Shown here in pieces: positions 1-11,542 of a stretch of 64,000 nt of DNA. The translations under genes were made by a program, and so were the position numbers. Where the stretch lies: NCBI RefSeq assembly GCF_051132615.1, contig NZ_CP152375.1, positions 1,278,859 to 1,342,858 on the forward strand. Reading direction: 5' to 3'. The number at the start of each line of letters is the position of its first letter. The first letter of the stretch is position 1. Under the pieces are notes generated by a model that was not told where the DNA came from, did no database searches, and worked only from the letters and a program-made list of their open reading frames with translations. The DNA comes from Neisseria sp. Ec49-e6-T10. GTDB taxonomy: Bacteria > Pseudomonadota > Gammaproteobacteria > Burkholderiales > Neisseriaceae.

Positions 1-2
1 TT

Positions 3-767
3 ATTGAACCGATATCATTAGATGAAGCTTATTTAGATGTCAGCGCATGCACTCAATTTAATGGATCAGCAACTTTAATTGCCAAAGATATTCGCAAGCA
101 AATAGAGCAAAACCTCCAATTAACAGCGTCAGCTGGCATTGCCCCAATTAAATTTTTAGCAAAAATCGCCTCAGACATCAACAAACCCAATAATCAATAT
201 ACCATTACACCAGAAGACATTCCGGCTTTTATTGCCACCTTACCTTTATCCAAAATTCCAGGCGTAGGCAAAGTAACCGCAATGAAACTAGAAAAACTGG
301 GGCTTTTTAATTGCACAGATGTACAACAATATGATCTACCTAAACTGATTCATCTTTTTGGTAAATTTGGCTATATCTTATATGAAAGATGTCATGGCCT
401 AGACCCAAGAGAAGTCAACCATCATCGATTACGCAAATCAGTTGGTGTGGAAAAAACACTTATAAATGATATTTACTCATGGGAAGAATGCCTAAATATC
501 ATGCAGACACTCTACCCTGAACTAAAAGAACGCCTCATTAAAGTCAGCCCCAATTTATTGATCACCAAACAAGGGGTTAAATTTAAGTTTTCTAATTTTC
601 AATCGACAACACAAGAACACAGTTGCCAACAATTGGACCAAGATTATCTCTTACAAATAGCCAAAAATACTTGGGATACACGCAGACAAAATAGAGGCAT
701 CCGATTGGTTGGTTTGCATGTTACCCTACCGAACACTGAATCACACAATCAGTTGTCTTTATTTTAA
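3..767 (+). CDS. dinB: DNA polymerase IV (DinB), 5'-truncated at window edge
   Basis: Open frame from window start continuous with ORF 282..767; translation IEPISLDEAYLDVSAC...SAGIAPIKFLAKIASD is the conserved Y-family polymerase palm/thumb region. Confidence 0.8.
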   Translation: MEPISLDEAYLDVSACTQFNGSATLIAKDIRKQIEQNLQLTASAGIAPIKFLAKIASDINKPNNQYTITPEDIPAFIATLPLSKIPGVGKVTAMKLEKLGLFNCTDVQQYDLPKLIHLFGKFGYILYERCHGLDPREVNHHRLRKSVGVEKTLINDIYSWEECLNIMQTLYPELKERLIKVSPNLLITKQGVKFKFSNFQSTTQEHSCQQLDQDYLLQIAKNTWDTRRQNRGIRLVGLHVTLPNTESHNQLSLF

Positions 768-890
768 ACCCTTTAATATAAAGCTATCTGGCTGTATCTT
801 GAGAAAATCAATTATAGTTTGCCATACTCAATGATTCATTTTCCAAGTACAATAACGACTTCATTGTAAAGACTCAACTGGAGACTAACT

Positions 891-2258
891 GTGCAAGACA
901 CTCTCAACATTGTTATTTTAGCGGCAGGGAAAGGGACAAGAATGTATTCTTCTTTACCAAAAGTGCTGCATAAAATCGCAGGACAATCTATGTTAAGCCG
1001 TGTCATTAATACCGCACAAAGTTTAACCCCTCAAAATATTATTGTTGTTTATGGGCATGGAGCAGAACTTGTTCAAGCACAAATAAAACAAGAAGTCATT
1101 TGGGCAGAACAAAAAGAGCAACTTGGCACAGGCCATGCATTGAAAATGGCTCTACCTCACTTAAGTCAAGAGGGCAAAACGCTGGTTTTATATGGAGATG
1201 TCCCATTAATCGGCACGCAAACATTACAAACATTACTGACATTAAGCCAAGATGGTATTGCTCTTTTAACAGATACATTGGCTAATCCAACGGGTTTAGG
1301 ACGGATCATACGGGCAAATGATCAAATTTTGGGTATTGTCGAAGAAAAAGATGCCACAGAAGAACAGAAAAAGATTCAGGAAATCAACACAGGCATCATG
1401 GTGATCCCTAATCAACATATTGACGCTTGGCTAGGGCAACTGCAAAACAATAATGCTCAAAAAGAATTTTATTTAACTGATATCATTGCCTTGGCAACAA
1501 AAAATAATGTACCAGTATATGGTTTATCTGTACATCACAGTGATGAAGCAACAGGAGTCAATAACAAACAGCAATTGGCCATGCTTGAGCGCTCATATCA
1601 AAAACAACAGGCACTTTATTTATTAGAAAAAGGCGTGACGCTTCTTGACGCCAATCGTTTTGACCTTCGAGGGACGCTCACACATGGTCAAGACGTGACC
1701 ATTGATGTCAATGTTGTTTTTGAAGGAGAAAACAGCTTAGGGAACAATATCAGCATTGGTGCCAACTGTGTCTTAAAAAATGTCACAATTGCGGACAATG
1801 TTATTATTGAACCATTTAGCCACTTAGAAAACTGTATCATTAAGCAGCACAGCAAAGTAGGTCCTTTTGCTCGCTTACGTACAGGTACAGAACTTTCAGA
1901 AAATACCCATATTGGTAATTTTGTTGAAGTAAAAAATAGCCAAATTGGACAAAACAGTAAAGTAAACCATTTAAGCTATATTGGGGACACCTCTATTGGA
2001 CAATCTACCAATATAGGCGCAGGAACCATTACCTGCAACTATGATGGTGTAAACAAATTTAAAACAAAAATTGGCGATCATGTATTTGTTGGTTCAGGCA
2101 CGATGCTTGTTGCACCCGTAACAGTAGAAAATGGCGCCACTATTGGTGCAGGATCAGTAATCACCAAAATTTGCTTATCAGATAAACTCACTTTAGCACG
2201 TAGCCCACAAGTCACCATTGACTCTTGGCTGCGTCCTCAAAAAGCAACAAAGGAATAA
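891..2258 (+). CDS. glmU: bifunctional UDP-GlcNAc pyrophosphorylase / GlcN-1-P acetyltransferase
   Basis: 455 aa; N-terminal LAAGKGTRM nucleotidyltransferase motif and C-terminal left-handed beta-helix hexapeptide repeats; GTG start with GGAG RBS 6 nt upstream; immediately precedes glmS. Confidence 0.9.
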   Translation: MQDTLNIVILAAGKGTRMYSSLPKVLHKIAGQSMLSRVINTAQSLTPQNIIVVYGHGAELVQAQIKQEVIWAEQKEQLGTGHALKMALPHLSQEGKTLVLYGDVPLIGTQTLQTLLTLSQDGIALLTDTLANPTGLGRIIRANDQILGIVEEKDATEEQKKIQEINTGIMVIPNQHIDAWLGQLQNNNAQKEFYLTDIIALATKNNVPVYGLSVHHSDEATGVNNKQQLAMLERSYQKQQALYLLEKGVTLLDANRFDLRGTLTHGQDVTIDVNVVFEGENSLGNNISIGANCVLKNVTIADNVIIEPFSHLENCIIKQHSKVGPFARLRTGTELSENTHIGNFVEVKNSQIGQNSKVNHLSYIGDTSIGQSTNIGAGTITCNYDGVNKFKTKIGDHVFVGSGTMLVAPVTVENGATIGAGSVITKICLSDKLTLARSPQVTIDSWLRPQKATKE

Positions 2259-2262
2259 ACAT

Positions 2263-4095
2263 ATGTGTGGAATTGTTGGTGCAGTCAGTACAAAAAATAT
2301 TGTCCCTTTTTTAGTCGATGGCCTTAAACGACTGGAATACAGAGGCTATGACTCTTCTGGTATCGCCATATTAACCGAAGGAAAAATTGAACGAGCCAGA
2401 AGAGTTGGTCGTGTCTCACTGATGGAGGCGGTTGCTCAAGAGAAAAACCTACAGGGTTCATTAGGGATTGGGCATACTCGGTGGGCAACCCATGGCGGTG
2501 TTACCGAACAAAATGCCCATCCAATTATTTCTAACGAAACAATTGCACTCATTCATAATGGTATTATTGAAAACCATGAAGAAGAACGCAATCGTTTAAA
2601 GGAACTAGGCTATACATTCGACTCTCAAACAGATACAGAAGTCATTGCCCACAGCATTCACCACCATTATAAACAACATGGTGATTTATTTTTGGCAACA
2701 CAAGAGGCCATAAAAACCCTTAGGGGTGCTTTTGCCATTGCTGTTATGGCTTATGATCAACCCAATACCTTATGTGTTGCACGTATGGGTTGTCCTTTAT
2801 TGATTGCATTAGGTGACAATGAAACATTTATTGCCTCAGATGTATCAGCCGTCATTGCTCAAACACGTAAAGTAGTGTTTTTAGAAGATGGTGATATTGC
2901 CAAGCTATCAACAAATGGTATTGATGTTTTATTGGATCGCAATAATCAGCCTGTTGTACGCAAAGAACAAACATCCAATGTTTCTTTAGCATCACTGGAA
3001 CTTGGCCCATATAATCACTATATGCAAAAAGAAATAGCAGAACAACCTTTTGCCATTACCCAAACAATTGAAAATATCTTGCATACTGGTTTTGTGCCTG
3101 AACTATTTGGCGAAAATGCCCAAGAAATTTTTCAAAAAGTAGACAGCATCAAAATTTTAGCCTGTGGCACCAGTTTTTATGCTGGGCTAACGGCACGTTA
3201 TTGGATTGAACATTTAGCCAAACTGCCAACAGACGTAGAAATTGCCAGCGAATACAGATACCGTGATGTCATTGCTAACCCAAACCAACTGATTATCACC
3301 ATTTCCCAATCAGGGGAGACACTGGATACAATGGAGGCGTTAAAACATGCAAAATCGTTAGGACATCAATATACTCTGTCTATTTGCAATGTTGCTGAAA
3401 GTGCCCTACCTCGGGAAAGTGAATTGGTATTTTATACCCGTGCAGGTGCAGAAATTGGCGTTGCCTCAACAAAAGCTTTTAGTACCCAATTAGTTGCTTT
3501 ATTTACCTTAGCCGCAACATTTGGGGTATTAAACAAGCACATCAGTGCAGCAACAGCCGAACAATACTTAGATGAGCTGCGCCATTTACCTAATAGTGTG
3601 CAACATGCACTGAACCTAGAACCCCAAATAAAAAGTTGGGCAGAACAATTTACAGGTAAAGACCATGCCTTATTTTTAGGTCGCGGCATACATTACCCGA
3701 TAGCTTTAGAAGGTGCACTCAAATTAAAAGAGATCAGCTATATTCATGCAGAAGCCTACCCTGCTGGAGAATTAAAACATGGCCCACTGGCATTGGTGGA
3801 TGAAAATATGCCGGTTGTGGTGATTGCGCCAAATGACAGCTTATTGGAAAAAGTAAAATCCAATATGCAAGAAGTCCGTGCGCGAGGTGGTGAACTGTTT
3901 GTATTTGCTGACTTAGATAGCCATTTTAGTGAATCAGAAGGGGTACATGTGATCAGAACCCCACGCCATGTTGGCCTTTTATCACCTATAGTTCATGTTG
4001 TCCCTGTTCAAATTCTGGCCTACCACACTGCACTTGTTCGTGGTACAGATGTAGATAAACCACGAAATCTGGCTAAATCAGTGACAGTTGAATGA
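2263..4095 (+). CDS. glmS: glutamine--fructose-6-phosphate aminotransferase
   Basis: Canonical MCGIVGAV N-terminal nucleophile start at the ATG at 2263 (the ORF-track start at 2218 is an upstream artefact); two SIS domains; ends ...KSVTVE. Confidence 0.93.
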   Translation: MCGIVGAVSTKNIVPFLVDGLKRLEYRGYDSSGIAILTEGKIERARRVGRVSLMEAVAQEKNLQGSLGIGHTRWATHGGVTEQNAHPIISNETIALIHNGIIENHEEERNRLKELGYTFDSQTDTEVIAHSIHHHYKQHGDLFLATQEAIKTLRGAFAIAVMAYDQPNTLCVARMGCPLLIALGDNETFIASDVSAVIAQTRKVVFLEDGDIAKLSTNGIDVLLDRNNQPVVRKEQTSNVSLASLELGPYNHYMQKEIAEQPFAITQTIENILHTGFVPELFGENAQEIFQKVDSIKILACGTSFYAGLTARYWIEHLAKLPTDVEIASEYRYRDVIANPNQLIITISQSGETLDTMEALKHAKSLGHQYTLSICNVAESALPRESELVFYTRAGAEIGVASTKAFSTQLVALFTLAATFGVLNKHISAATAEQYLDELRHLPNSVQHALNLEPQIKSWAEQFTGKDHALFLGRGIHYPIALEGALKLKEISYIHAEAYPAGELKHGPLALVDENMPVVVIAPNDSLLEKVKSNMQEVRARGGELFVFADLDSHFSESEGVHVIRTPRHVGLLSPIVHVVPVQILAYHTALVRGTDVDKPRNLAKSVTVE

Positions 4096-4109
4096 TTGAA
4101 AGCTTGTTT

Positions 4110-4143
4110 CAAAAAAAGCTGCTTAAATTAAGCAGCTTTTTTA
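4110..4143. terminator. bidirectional rho-independent terminator between glmS (+) and alaA (-)
   Basis: A-run followed by the 8-bp stem AGCTGCTT / AAGCAGCT (loop aaatt), followed by a T-run. Confidence 0.7.
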
Positions 4144-5358
4144 TTACTGACGATAACCCGATAAAAACTGAGCGAATCGATTAATCGCCATTTCCAACTC
4201 ATCCTCATATGGTAAAGTAACAATACGAACATGATCATGATTTGGCCAGTTAAATCCTGTTCCTTGAACCAACAGTACTTTTTGTTGCAATAAAAAATCC
4301 AGTACCATTTTTTGATCATCATGAATATTAAAACGATTAATATCAATTTTAGGGAACAAATACAAAGCACCTCGAGGTTTGACACAAGACACACCCGGTA
4401 TTTGATTGAGCATCTCCCACGCTTTATGGCTTTGTTCGTATAAACGACCACCTGGTTGCGTAAACTCTTTAATACTTTGATAGCCACCAATAGCTGTTTG
4501 AATGGCATGTTGCATAGGTACATTGGCACATAAGCGCATGGAGGCGAGCATTTCTAAACCTTCAATATATCCTTTGGCATGTTGTTTTGGCCCATTTAAC
4601 ACCATCCAGCCTTGTCTAAATCCAGCAACACGATAGGTTTTAGATAAACCATTAAAGGTTACGGTCAATACATCAGGCGCTAATTGAGCAATAGAATAAT
4701 GCACCGCATCGTCATATAATATTTTTTCATAAATTTCATCTGCAAAAATAATCAGATTATGCTCACGTGCAATTTGTACAATATCCAAAAGCAATTGTTT
4801 ACTGTAAACCGCGCCAGTAGGGTTATTAGGGTTGATTACCACAATACCTTTGGTATTTGGGGTAATTTTACTGCGAATATCCTCTATATCTGGAAACCAG
4901 TCAGAGGACTCATCACACATATAATGAACAGCAGTGCCGCCAGACAAAGAAACAGCCGCTGTCCATAAAGGGTAATCTGGCGCAGGAATCAAAATTTCAT
5001 CCCCTGAATCCAGCAAAGCTTGCATAGACTGAACAATCAATTCGGACACACCATTACCAATATAAATATCCTCAACGGTAACATCACGCATCCCCTTGGC
5101 TTGATAATATTGCATAATCGCTTTACGGGCTGAAAATAAACCTTTTGAGTCACAATAACCTTGAGATGTAGGCAGATTTTTAATTACATCAACCAAAATT
5201 TCGTCAGGTGCTTCAAAACCAAATGGCGCTGGATTGCCAATATTCAATTTTAAGATTTTATGACCTTCTTCTTCTAAACGCTTGGCCTCTTTTGAAACGG
5301 GCCCACGAATATCATAACAAACATGTTCCAGCTTAGCTGACTTATCAATGGGAGACAT
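4144..5358 (-). CDS. alaA: glutamate-pyruvate aminotransferase (class I PLP aminotransferase)
   Basis: From MSPIDKSAKLEHVCYDIRGPV... onward it is near-collinear with enterobacterial AlaA along its whole length; true start is the internal Met at 5358, not the ORF-track start at 5385. Confidence 0.88.
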   Translation of the reverse strand: MSPIDKSAKLEHVCYDIRGPVSKEAKRLEEEGHKILKLNIGNPAPFGFEAPDEILVDVIKNLPTSQGYCDSKGLFSARKAIMQYYQAKGMRDVTVEDIYIGNGVSELIVQSMQALLDSGDEILIPAPDYPLWTAAVSLSGGTAVHYMCDESSDWFPDIEDIRSKITPNTKGIVVINPNNPTGAVYSKQLLLDIVQIAREHNLIIFADEIYEKILYDDAVHYSIAQLAPDVLTVTFNGLSKTYRVAGFRQGWMVLNGPKQHAKGYIEGLEMLASMRLCANVPMQHAIQTAIGGYQSIKEFTQPGGRLYEQSHKAWEMLNQIPGVSCVKPRGALYLFPKIDINRFNIHDDQKMVLDFLLQQKVLLVQGTGFNWPNHDHVRIVTLPYEDELEMAINRFAQFLSGYRQ

Positions 5359-5841
5359 TACTTTACCTTCTAAATAAATACACAAATAAAGTGTTTAATC
5401 TACTACGATTTAATTGGTTTTAAAAGAGAGGAAACCATTTAAAACAATAAACTGATCGAAATTTGTCACCACTACCGCATTTTTACCAAGAACACTATTT
5501 GTGCTTTATTGCAAAAATAGTCAAATTAAGTGCTCATTTTCTCCCTAAAAAAGCCAAAAAACATTTCGGTCTAAAAAATAATTTATCTGAGGTAATGACA
5601 CAATAAGAATGGCTTATTTTTTATTATTATCCCATATCCATCAGCATCCCGAACGATTAAAAAATTCAATAATCATACCTTAACCAAAAACAGTTATTAA
5701 AAAATTTAACAAATATAATCACTATACTCATTTTTTTATTTACTTTTTAATTTATATTTGCTACGTTTACTCACACAAACCAACAGTCAAGATTGGTTAA
5801 TAATGATTCAAAAAAATAAAACCTGACAAAGGAGAATTGTC

Positions 5842-6171
5842 ATGCAACATCAAGAGCAATTAAATCAACAATTAGTTGAAAAAATTGAACACAGCGCAAA
5901 ATTCAAAATGCTGGTCGAAAAAAAAACCAAGTTAGGATTAGGCCTAACACTGATTATGCTTGTTGTCTATTATGGGTTTATCTTGTTGTTAGCCTTTGCC
6001 CCAGATTTTGTTGGTACACCTCTGGCAGCAGGAAAAGCAACAACCTATGGTATCCCCATGGGGGCAGTTATCATTGTATTGTCTTTTATATTGACTGGTA
6101 TCTATGTACGCAAAGCCAATACCGAGTTTGACAGACTGAATCAAGAAATCATTGAGGAGGCGTCAAAATGA
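5842..6171 (+). CDS. yjcH: DUF485 inner-membrane protein (YjcH-like)
   Basis: 109 aa, two TM segments; 4-nt overlap (ATGA) with downstream actP as in the yjcH-actP operon; AAGGAG RBS. Confidence 0.75.
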   Translation: MQHQEQLNQQLVEKIEHSAKFKMLVEKKTKLGLGLTLIMLVVYYGFILLLAFAPDFVGTPLAAGKATTYGIPMGAVIIVLSFILTGIYVRKANTEFDRLNQEIIEEASK

Positions 6172-7856
6172 GTCAACAAAAACATAAAGTGATTGCGATT
6201 GCCTTACTAACATGTATGGGAACCAGTGTATTTGCAGCAGACGCCATTACAGGTGCTGTGCAAAAACAACCTCTAAACTGGCATGCCATTATTATGTTTT
6301 TTGCCTTTGTCGCATTTACTATGGGGATCACTTACTGGGCTGCTCGCCGAACGAAATCGACAGCTGACTTTTATACAGCTGGAGGAGGTATTTCTGGATT
6401 TCAAAACGGTTTAGCCATTGCGGGAGACTACATGTCTGCCGCATCTTTTTTAGGTATTTCAGCCATGGTGTTTGACACTGGTTATGATGGCTTAATTTAC
6501 TCTATCGGCTTTTTGGTAGGTTGGCCTGTTATGCTATTTTTAATTGCAGAGCGCCTACGTAACCTTGGTAAATTCACCTTTTCAGATGTGGCCTCCTACC
6601 GCCTACAACAAACACCTGTTCGCTGTTTTTCAGCAACAGGCACACTCGTTGTTGTTGCCTTGTATCTCATTGCCCAAATGGTGGGTGCAGGGAAACTGAT
6701 TCAATTACTTTTTGGTATGAATTACACCTCCGCAGTGGTTCTAGTTGGGATATTGATGGTGATGTATGTTGCTTTCGGTGGTATGTTGGCCACAACATGG
6801 GTACAAATCATTAAAGCGGTCTTACTGCTTTCTGGTGCGACATTTATGGCCGTAATGGTTTTATACTATGCAGACTTTAGTTTTGAAAAACTATTTAGCC
6901 AATCTGTTGCCATACATGCAAAAGGCTCCGCGATTATGCACCCAGGTGGCCTTGTATCCAATCCTGTTGATGCAGTGTCTTTAGGTATTGCCCTTATGTT
7001 TGGCACAGCAGGTTTGCCACATGTATTGATGCGTTTTTTCACCGTTGCTGACGCAAAAGAAGCAAGAAAATCCGCCTTTTACGCAACAGGCTTTATGGGA
7101 TACTTCTATATTCTGACCTTTATCATCGGCTTTGGTGCCATTATGCTGGTGTTAAACAAACCAGAGTTTATGACAACTGTGATGAAAGATGGTCAGCCTG
7201 TTACCCAATTAATTGGGGGCAGTAACATGGCAGCAATTCATTTATCACATGCTGTCGGTGGCAATATCTTCTTAGGGTTTATGTCTGCAGTAGCCTTTGC
7301 AACCATTTTAGCGGTAGTGGCTGGTTTAACATTATCAGGCGCTTCTGCTGTGAGCCATGACATTTACTCAAAAGTAATCAAAAAAGGAGTTGCCAGCAGC
7401 CGTGATGAATTTAGGGTTTCTCGGATCACCACCTTTATATTGGGTATATTGGCCATCTTATTAGGGATCTTGTTTGAAAAACAAAATATTGCCTTCATGG
7501 TTGGCTTAGCCTTCTCAATTGCCGCATCAGCAAACTTCCCTGTGCTGTTACTTTCTATGTTCTGGAAAGGCTTAACCACAAGAGGCGCAGTAATTGGTGG
7601 TGGTTTGGGTTTGTTGTCTGCGGTTACCATGATTTTACTTGGCCCAACTGTTTGGGTAGATGTATTAGGGCATGAGCATGCACTCTTCCCCTATAAAAAC
7701 CCAGCCATTTTCTCAGTCACATTGGCCTTTGTCTCAATCTGGTTTTTCTCTATCACAGATAAATCAAAAAATGCTCAAGAAGAGCGCAGTAAATTTGAAG
7801 CACAATTTGTCCGCTCAATGACAGGCATTGGTATATCAAAAGCATCTGATCATTAA
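6168..7856 (+). CDS. actP: cation/acetate symporter, SSS family
   Basis: 562 aa polytopic membrane protein; N-terminal signal-like segment and sodium:solute symporter signature; translationally coupled to yjcH. Confidence 0.85.
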   Translation: MSQQKHKVIAIALLTCMGTSVFAADAITGAVQKQPLNWHAIIMFFAFVAFTMGITYWAARRTKSTADFYTAGGGISGFQNGLAIAGDYMSAASFLGISAMVFDTGYDGLIYSIGFLVGWPVMLFLIAERLRNLGKFTFSDVASYRLQQTPVRCFSATGTLVVVALYLIAQMVGAGKLIQLLFGMNYTSAVVLVGILMVMYVAFGGMLATTWVQIIKAVLLLSGATFMAVMVLYYADFSFEKLFSQSVAIHAKGSAIMHPGGLVSNPVDAVSLGIALMFGTAGLPHVLMRFFTVADAKEARKSAFYATGFMGYFYILTFIIGFGAIMLVLNKPEFMTTVMKDGQPVTQLIGGSNMAAIHLSHAVGGNIFLGFMSAVAFATILAVVAGLTLSGASAVSHDIYSKVIKKGVASSRDEFRVSRITTFILGILAILLGILFEKQNIAFMVGLAFSIAASANFPVLLLSMFWKGLTTRGAVIGGGLGLLSAVTMILLGPTVWVDVLGHEHALFPYKNPAIFSVTLAFVSIWFFSITDKSKNAQEERSKFEAQFVRSMTGIGISKASDH

Positions 7857-8572
7857 CAAATATAATGCTCCAATAATCAAACCAGCTAGAAATTAGCTGG
7901 TTTTGTTTTATCCAAACCATCATCCAATCAAATAAAAATGTGTCCAAATATTCAGAATAAACTCCGCCAAATCGGATACATTATTTCATATAGATAGAAT
8001 TCATTTCAGGTAGAGTTATAACTTACTTAGAACCACAAAAACAATAAAAACTGAAACGTTAATAGTCAGTAACCTAACGGAAATATTAAGGAATTTTTTA
8101 TTTTATAAAAAAAAAGAATGTTTAGAAAATAACTGATTACTCATTTATGCTAAACATTCTCGTTAAATTAGTGATATACTAAGGGAGCTTTTACGACCAT
8201 AAAGTATAAAACCTTGTTAACAAAAAACCTAAATAAGCCTTAAAACACATAACAAAACAAAGACTTTACTATATGATTATTTAGGGCGTGACAAGATATC
8301 TGCTTTTCACATAAGCGGAATATCTTCATGATAAAAATACATGTTTGAGATATGAATAATCTATGACAATAAATCAATCAACATGACAAACATAAATTTA
8401 TATCATGTACGCATAATAGTTGTAACCGTAAATTTTGTCAATAGGTTACAACGTATTTTTCAAAATTGATGTTGAGAAAATTTTAATCATTTGAAAACAA
8501 TATATTTTTATGAGTCGATAAAGATGAAACTTTTAGTTAACTATTTTAAAACCAATATAAAAAGTCTCAACT

Positions 8573-9331
8573 ATGGATTATCAACTCAGTGCCAGCGACC
8601 TATTCAAACTCAATCTATCTTGTTTGCCCAAGACTAGAGAAAGCATTGCCAGAAAAGCCAAGCAAGAGGCTTGGCCTTACAAAGAAGTAAAAGGCAAAGG
8701 TGGAAGAGGTGGTGTGAAACGTGTATTTAAACTACCCGATTATGTGATTAATGAAATCTACTACTTACAAGCACATCCATTGAACATGCCAAGTAAAGAA
8801 CCGATATTGAGTTATCAATTGGCTCAAAAATCACTGACAACCGAGCTACTTGAAGAATTTATCGGCGACTACAAACAATGGAGCCAACTTGTTACATTAA
8901 AGCACATCATTCCTGTTCGCATTTTCAGCCCCGAAAAAATACTGGCAAGTTACAACAGAAAATCAAGAAAAGAAAAAACTGAATTTATCCCTTTAAATCC
9001 ACAATTGATCACGGAAACATTGAAAGCAAAGCCTGAATATCTGATTGCTTTTCAGGAAAAAGGCGACTCAATGTCACCAACAATCAAACCGAATAGTTTG
9101 GTTATATTTGACACAAGTAAAAATCAATATGATTCAGAAGGTATTTACCTGATCAAACAAGGACAAGAATACCGAATCAAACGTTTACAAAAAGCCACCA
9201 TTTCAAAGTTATTGATCATCAGCGACAACGCTTCCATTTATCCAATCGTTGAACTGGATTTACTGAATACCAATAACAATGAATTTTGTATTTTAGGAAA
9301 ATATGTATTTGATTGCGGAGCAGCAAAGTAA
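8573..9331 (+). CDS. S24 peptidase (LexA/CI/UmuD-like) domain protein with novel N-terminal region
   Basis: C-terminal GDSMSPTI ... IKRLQK region matches the Ser-Lys dyad self-cleaving S24 fold; N-terminal 120 aa basic, no clear HTH; isolated inside about 900 bp of AT-rich non-coding DNA. Confidence 0.6.
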   Translation: MDYQLSASDLFKLNLSCLPKTRESIARKAKQEAWPYKEVKGKGGRGGVKRVFKLPDYVINEIYYLQAHPLNMPSKEPILSYQLAQKSLTTELLEEFIGDYKQWSQLVTLKHIIPVRIFSPEKILASYNRKSRKEKTEFIPLNPQLITETLKAKPEYLIAFQEKGDSMSPTIKPNSLVIFDTSKNQYDSEGIYLIKQGQEYRIKRLQKATISKLLIISDNASIYPIVELDLLNTNNNEFCILGKYVFDCGAAK

Positions 9332-9407
9332 TTATTTGAGAATACCTTTACAAACACACCAGAATTTGTAATACTTCGCCCCGACTAAAAAATTAGGAAA
9401 ACACTCA

Positions 9408-9496
9408 ATGTACCTGTATCAACAAAAATTTGTACTTTTGATCCCAGTGCTTTCTATTTTTTAGGAATATCCCCTTTTTTTAAGGGGATTTTTTTT
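9408..9496 (+). promoter_or_regulatory. pyrBI leader peptide (18 codons, 9408..9464) plus attenuator hairpin (9469..9489) and U-tract
   Basis: ATG at 9408 encodes [18 protein letters not shown]; stop abuts the 8-bp stem ATCCCCTT/AAGGGGAT followed by T7; T-rich pause region inside leader; 30 nt upstream of pyrB RBS. Confidence 0.5.
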
Positions 9497-9526
9497 GTCT
9501 TCATTGCAATAAATAAGGAACAATTT

Positions 9527-10450
9527 ATGGCAAATCCATTATATAAAAAGCACATTCTCTCTATTAATGAGCTAAGTGATACAGACATAGCGTCTGTATT
9601 AACATTGGCACAACAACTGAAAAATCATCCGCGAGACGATTTACTCAAAGGTAAATTGGTGGGCAGTTGTTTTTTTGAACCCTCTACTCGAACCAGATTA
9701 TCATTTGAAACAGCCATTCAACGATTAGGCGGTAATGTTATTGGATTTAGTGATGGTGCCAATACTTCTGCAAAAAAAGGCGAAACCATTGCAGACACAG
9801 TCAAAATCATCAGCTCTTACACTGATGCAATCGTGATGCGCCACCCAAAAGAAGGAGCGGCACGGGTTGCCAGTCAATTTTCATCGGTGCCGATCATTAA
9901 TGGGGGTGATGGCAGTAATCAGCACCCTACTCAAACCTTATTGGATTTATTCTCCATTTTAGAAACCCAAGGCACTTTATCTGGCTTAAAGCTGGCCTTT
10001 GTTGGTGATCTAAAATATGGCCGTACGGTGCACTCCTTAGCACAAGCCCTTTCACGTTATGGCTGTGAATTCTATTTTGTTGCACCTGAGCAATTATCTA
10101 TGCCAGACTATATTTGTGATGAACTGACCGAAAAGAATTGTCAATTTCATCTTGTTCAGTCACTGGATGAAATCATTCCGCTTGTGGATATTCTTTATAT
10201 GACCCGCGTTCAAAAAGAGCGATTTGACGAAGAAGAGTTTAAGAAAATTCAGGGTAAGTTTATTTTATCAGCACCTATGCTCGCCAATGCAAAACCTAAT
10301 ATGCGCATTTTACACCCACTACCCCGAGTAGATGAAATCACTACTGATGTGGACCATACCCCATATGCCTATTACTTTGAACAAGCACAAAATGGTGTGT
10401 ATGCACGCCAAGCATTATTATCGTTAGTGACAAATGAATCTATTATTTGA
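9527..10450 (+). CDS. pyrB: aspartate carbamoyltransferase catalytic subunit
   Basis: 307 aa; STRTR carbamoyl-phosphate binding motif and HPTQ / HPLPR motifs; AAGGAA RBS. Confidence 0.93.
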   Translation: MANPLYKKHILSINELSDTDIASVLTLAQQLKNHPRDDLLKGKLVGSCFFEPSTRTRLSFETAIQRLGGNVIGFSDGANTSAKKGETIADTVKIISSYTDAIVMRHPKEGAARVASQFSSVPIINGGDGSNQHPTQTLLDLFSILETQGTLSGLKLAFVGDLKYGRTVHSLAQALSRYGCEFYFVAPEQLSMPDYICDELTEKNCQFHLVQSLDEIIPLVDILYMTRVQKERFDEEEFKKIQGKFILSAPMLANAKPNMRILHPLPRVDEITTDVDHTPYAYYFEQAQNGVYARQALLSLVTNESII

Positions 10451-10473
10451 GTGATCAGTTAAAGGAAATGGTT

Positions 10474-10938
10474 ATGTCAGAACAAAAAATTTTAGTTGAA
10501 GCCATTAAAGATGGCACCGTAATCGATCATATCCCTGCTGGACATGGTTTAACAATTCTTCGATTATTTAAATTAGGACAATTAGGACACAGAGTAACCG
10601 TTGGCTTCAATCTCAGTAGCCACAATAATGTTGGAAAAGACCTGATTAAAGTGGAAAACATTCACTTTAGTGATGAACAAGCCAACAAACTTGCCTTACT
10701 GGCACCCAAGGCAACTGTTAATGTCATCGAAAACTATACAGTCGTCAAAAAACACCAATTGGAATTGCCAGATTCAATTGAAAGCGTTTTTTCCTGTCCA
10801 AACTCTAATTGCGCCTCTCATACAGAACCTGTTAATAGTTTCTTTTATGTTAAAAAGCGTAATTCTGAGACAAAATTAAAATGTAAATACTGTGAAAAAG
10901 CATTTTCTCAAGATATTATGACTGAAAGCCAAACATAA
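10474..10938 (+). CDS. pyrI: aspartate carbamoyltransferase regulatory subunit
   Basis: MSEQKILVEAIKDGTVIDHIP N-terminus and C-terminal Cys4 zinc site (CPNSNC...CKYC); start chosen at ATG 10474 with AAGGAAA RBS (the ORF-track TTG at 10447 overlaps the pyrB stop). Confidence 0.88.
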   Translation: MSEQKILVEAIKDGTVIDHIPAGHGLTILRLFKLGQLGHRVTVGFNLSSHNNVGKDLIKVENIHFSDEQANKLALLAPKATVNVIENYTVVKKHQLELPDSIESVFSCPNSNCASHTEPVNSFFYVKKRNSETKLKCKYCEKAFSQDIMTESQT

Positions 10939-10943
10939 TGAAT

Positions 10944-10978
10944 AAAAAAAGCCTGATGATGATCAGGCTTTTTTAACA
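10944..10978. terminator. rho-independent terminator after pyrI
   Basis: AAAAAAAGCCTGATgatGATCAGGCTTTTTT perfect hairpin followed by a U-tract. Confidence 0.75.
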
Positions 10979-10996
10979 CATCAAATGTATTCTGAA

Positions 10997-11464
10997 TCAC
11001 TTCTCTTTTACTAAAGGAGGCAAATTAAACACTTGCATCAGAAAGTTAGTAAAAGCTGGATTCTCGGGTTTATGCTTCAATTTGACCCAGCGCGTTTGCC
11101 ATTTTTCCAAATCTTGTTGCATCAGGGTTTGCGACTGTTCGGCAGAAATTTTGCCACTTTGTCGATCAACAGCAATACGTAAATAACTTGAAAATACAGC
11201 ATCATCCACTGCATTATGACCAACCAACTCTACACGATAGCGATCAAGTGATTGAGCAGCCTGAACACGGGTTAAAGAATTGGTATTCACCAAATTGGCT
11301 AACCGATTAGCCTCCACCAATATTTTATGAGATGATTCGCCATAAGTCTGAATACTTTGAGTGGCACCTGTTTTGTCTACTTTGATATCTTTTGGTTTAT
11401 ACGATGTTGCACAACCAGACAGAAAAGCAGCACTAAAAAAAATAATGATTAGGTAATTTTTCAT
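10997..11464 (-). CDS. hypothetical lipoprotein
   Basis: Signal peptide with lipobox LSGC; 155 aa; no recognisable family. Confidence 0.55.
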   Translation of the reverse strand: MKNYLIIIFFSAAFLSGCATSYKPKDIKVDKTGATQSIQTYGESSHKILVEANRLANLVNTNSLTRVQAAQSLDRYRVELVGHNAVDDAVFSSYLRIAVDRQSGKISAEQSQTLMQQDLEKWQTRWVKLKHKPENPAFTNFLMQVFNLPPLVKEK

Positions 11465-11542
11465 GGTGCTTAGTATAACTTAAGCACACGAAAAAAGCAC
11501 TCAAAGCCATTTGCTTTAGGTGCTTTTTTTTAAAAGTGTTGT

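Noticed and set aside
1096-1285. Overlapping 60/61-aa ORFs on both strands inside glmU
   Set aside because: Embedded in a well-supported conserved gene; no RBS; typical spurious ORFs.
4128-4529. 133-aa minus-strand ORF overlapping alaA in another frame
   Set aside because: alaA frame is strongly supported by full-length similarity; the alternative frame is hydrophobic, low-complexity translation of an AT-rich codon-shifted sequence.
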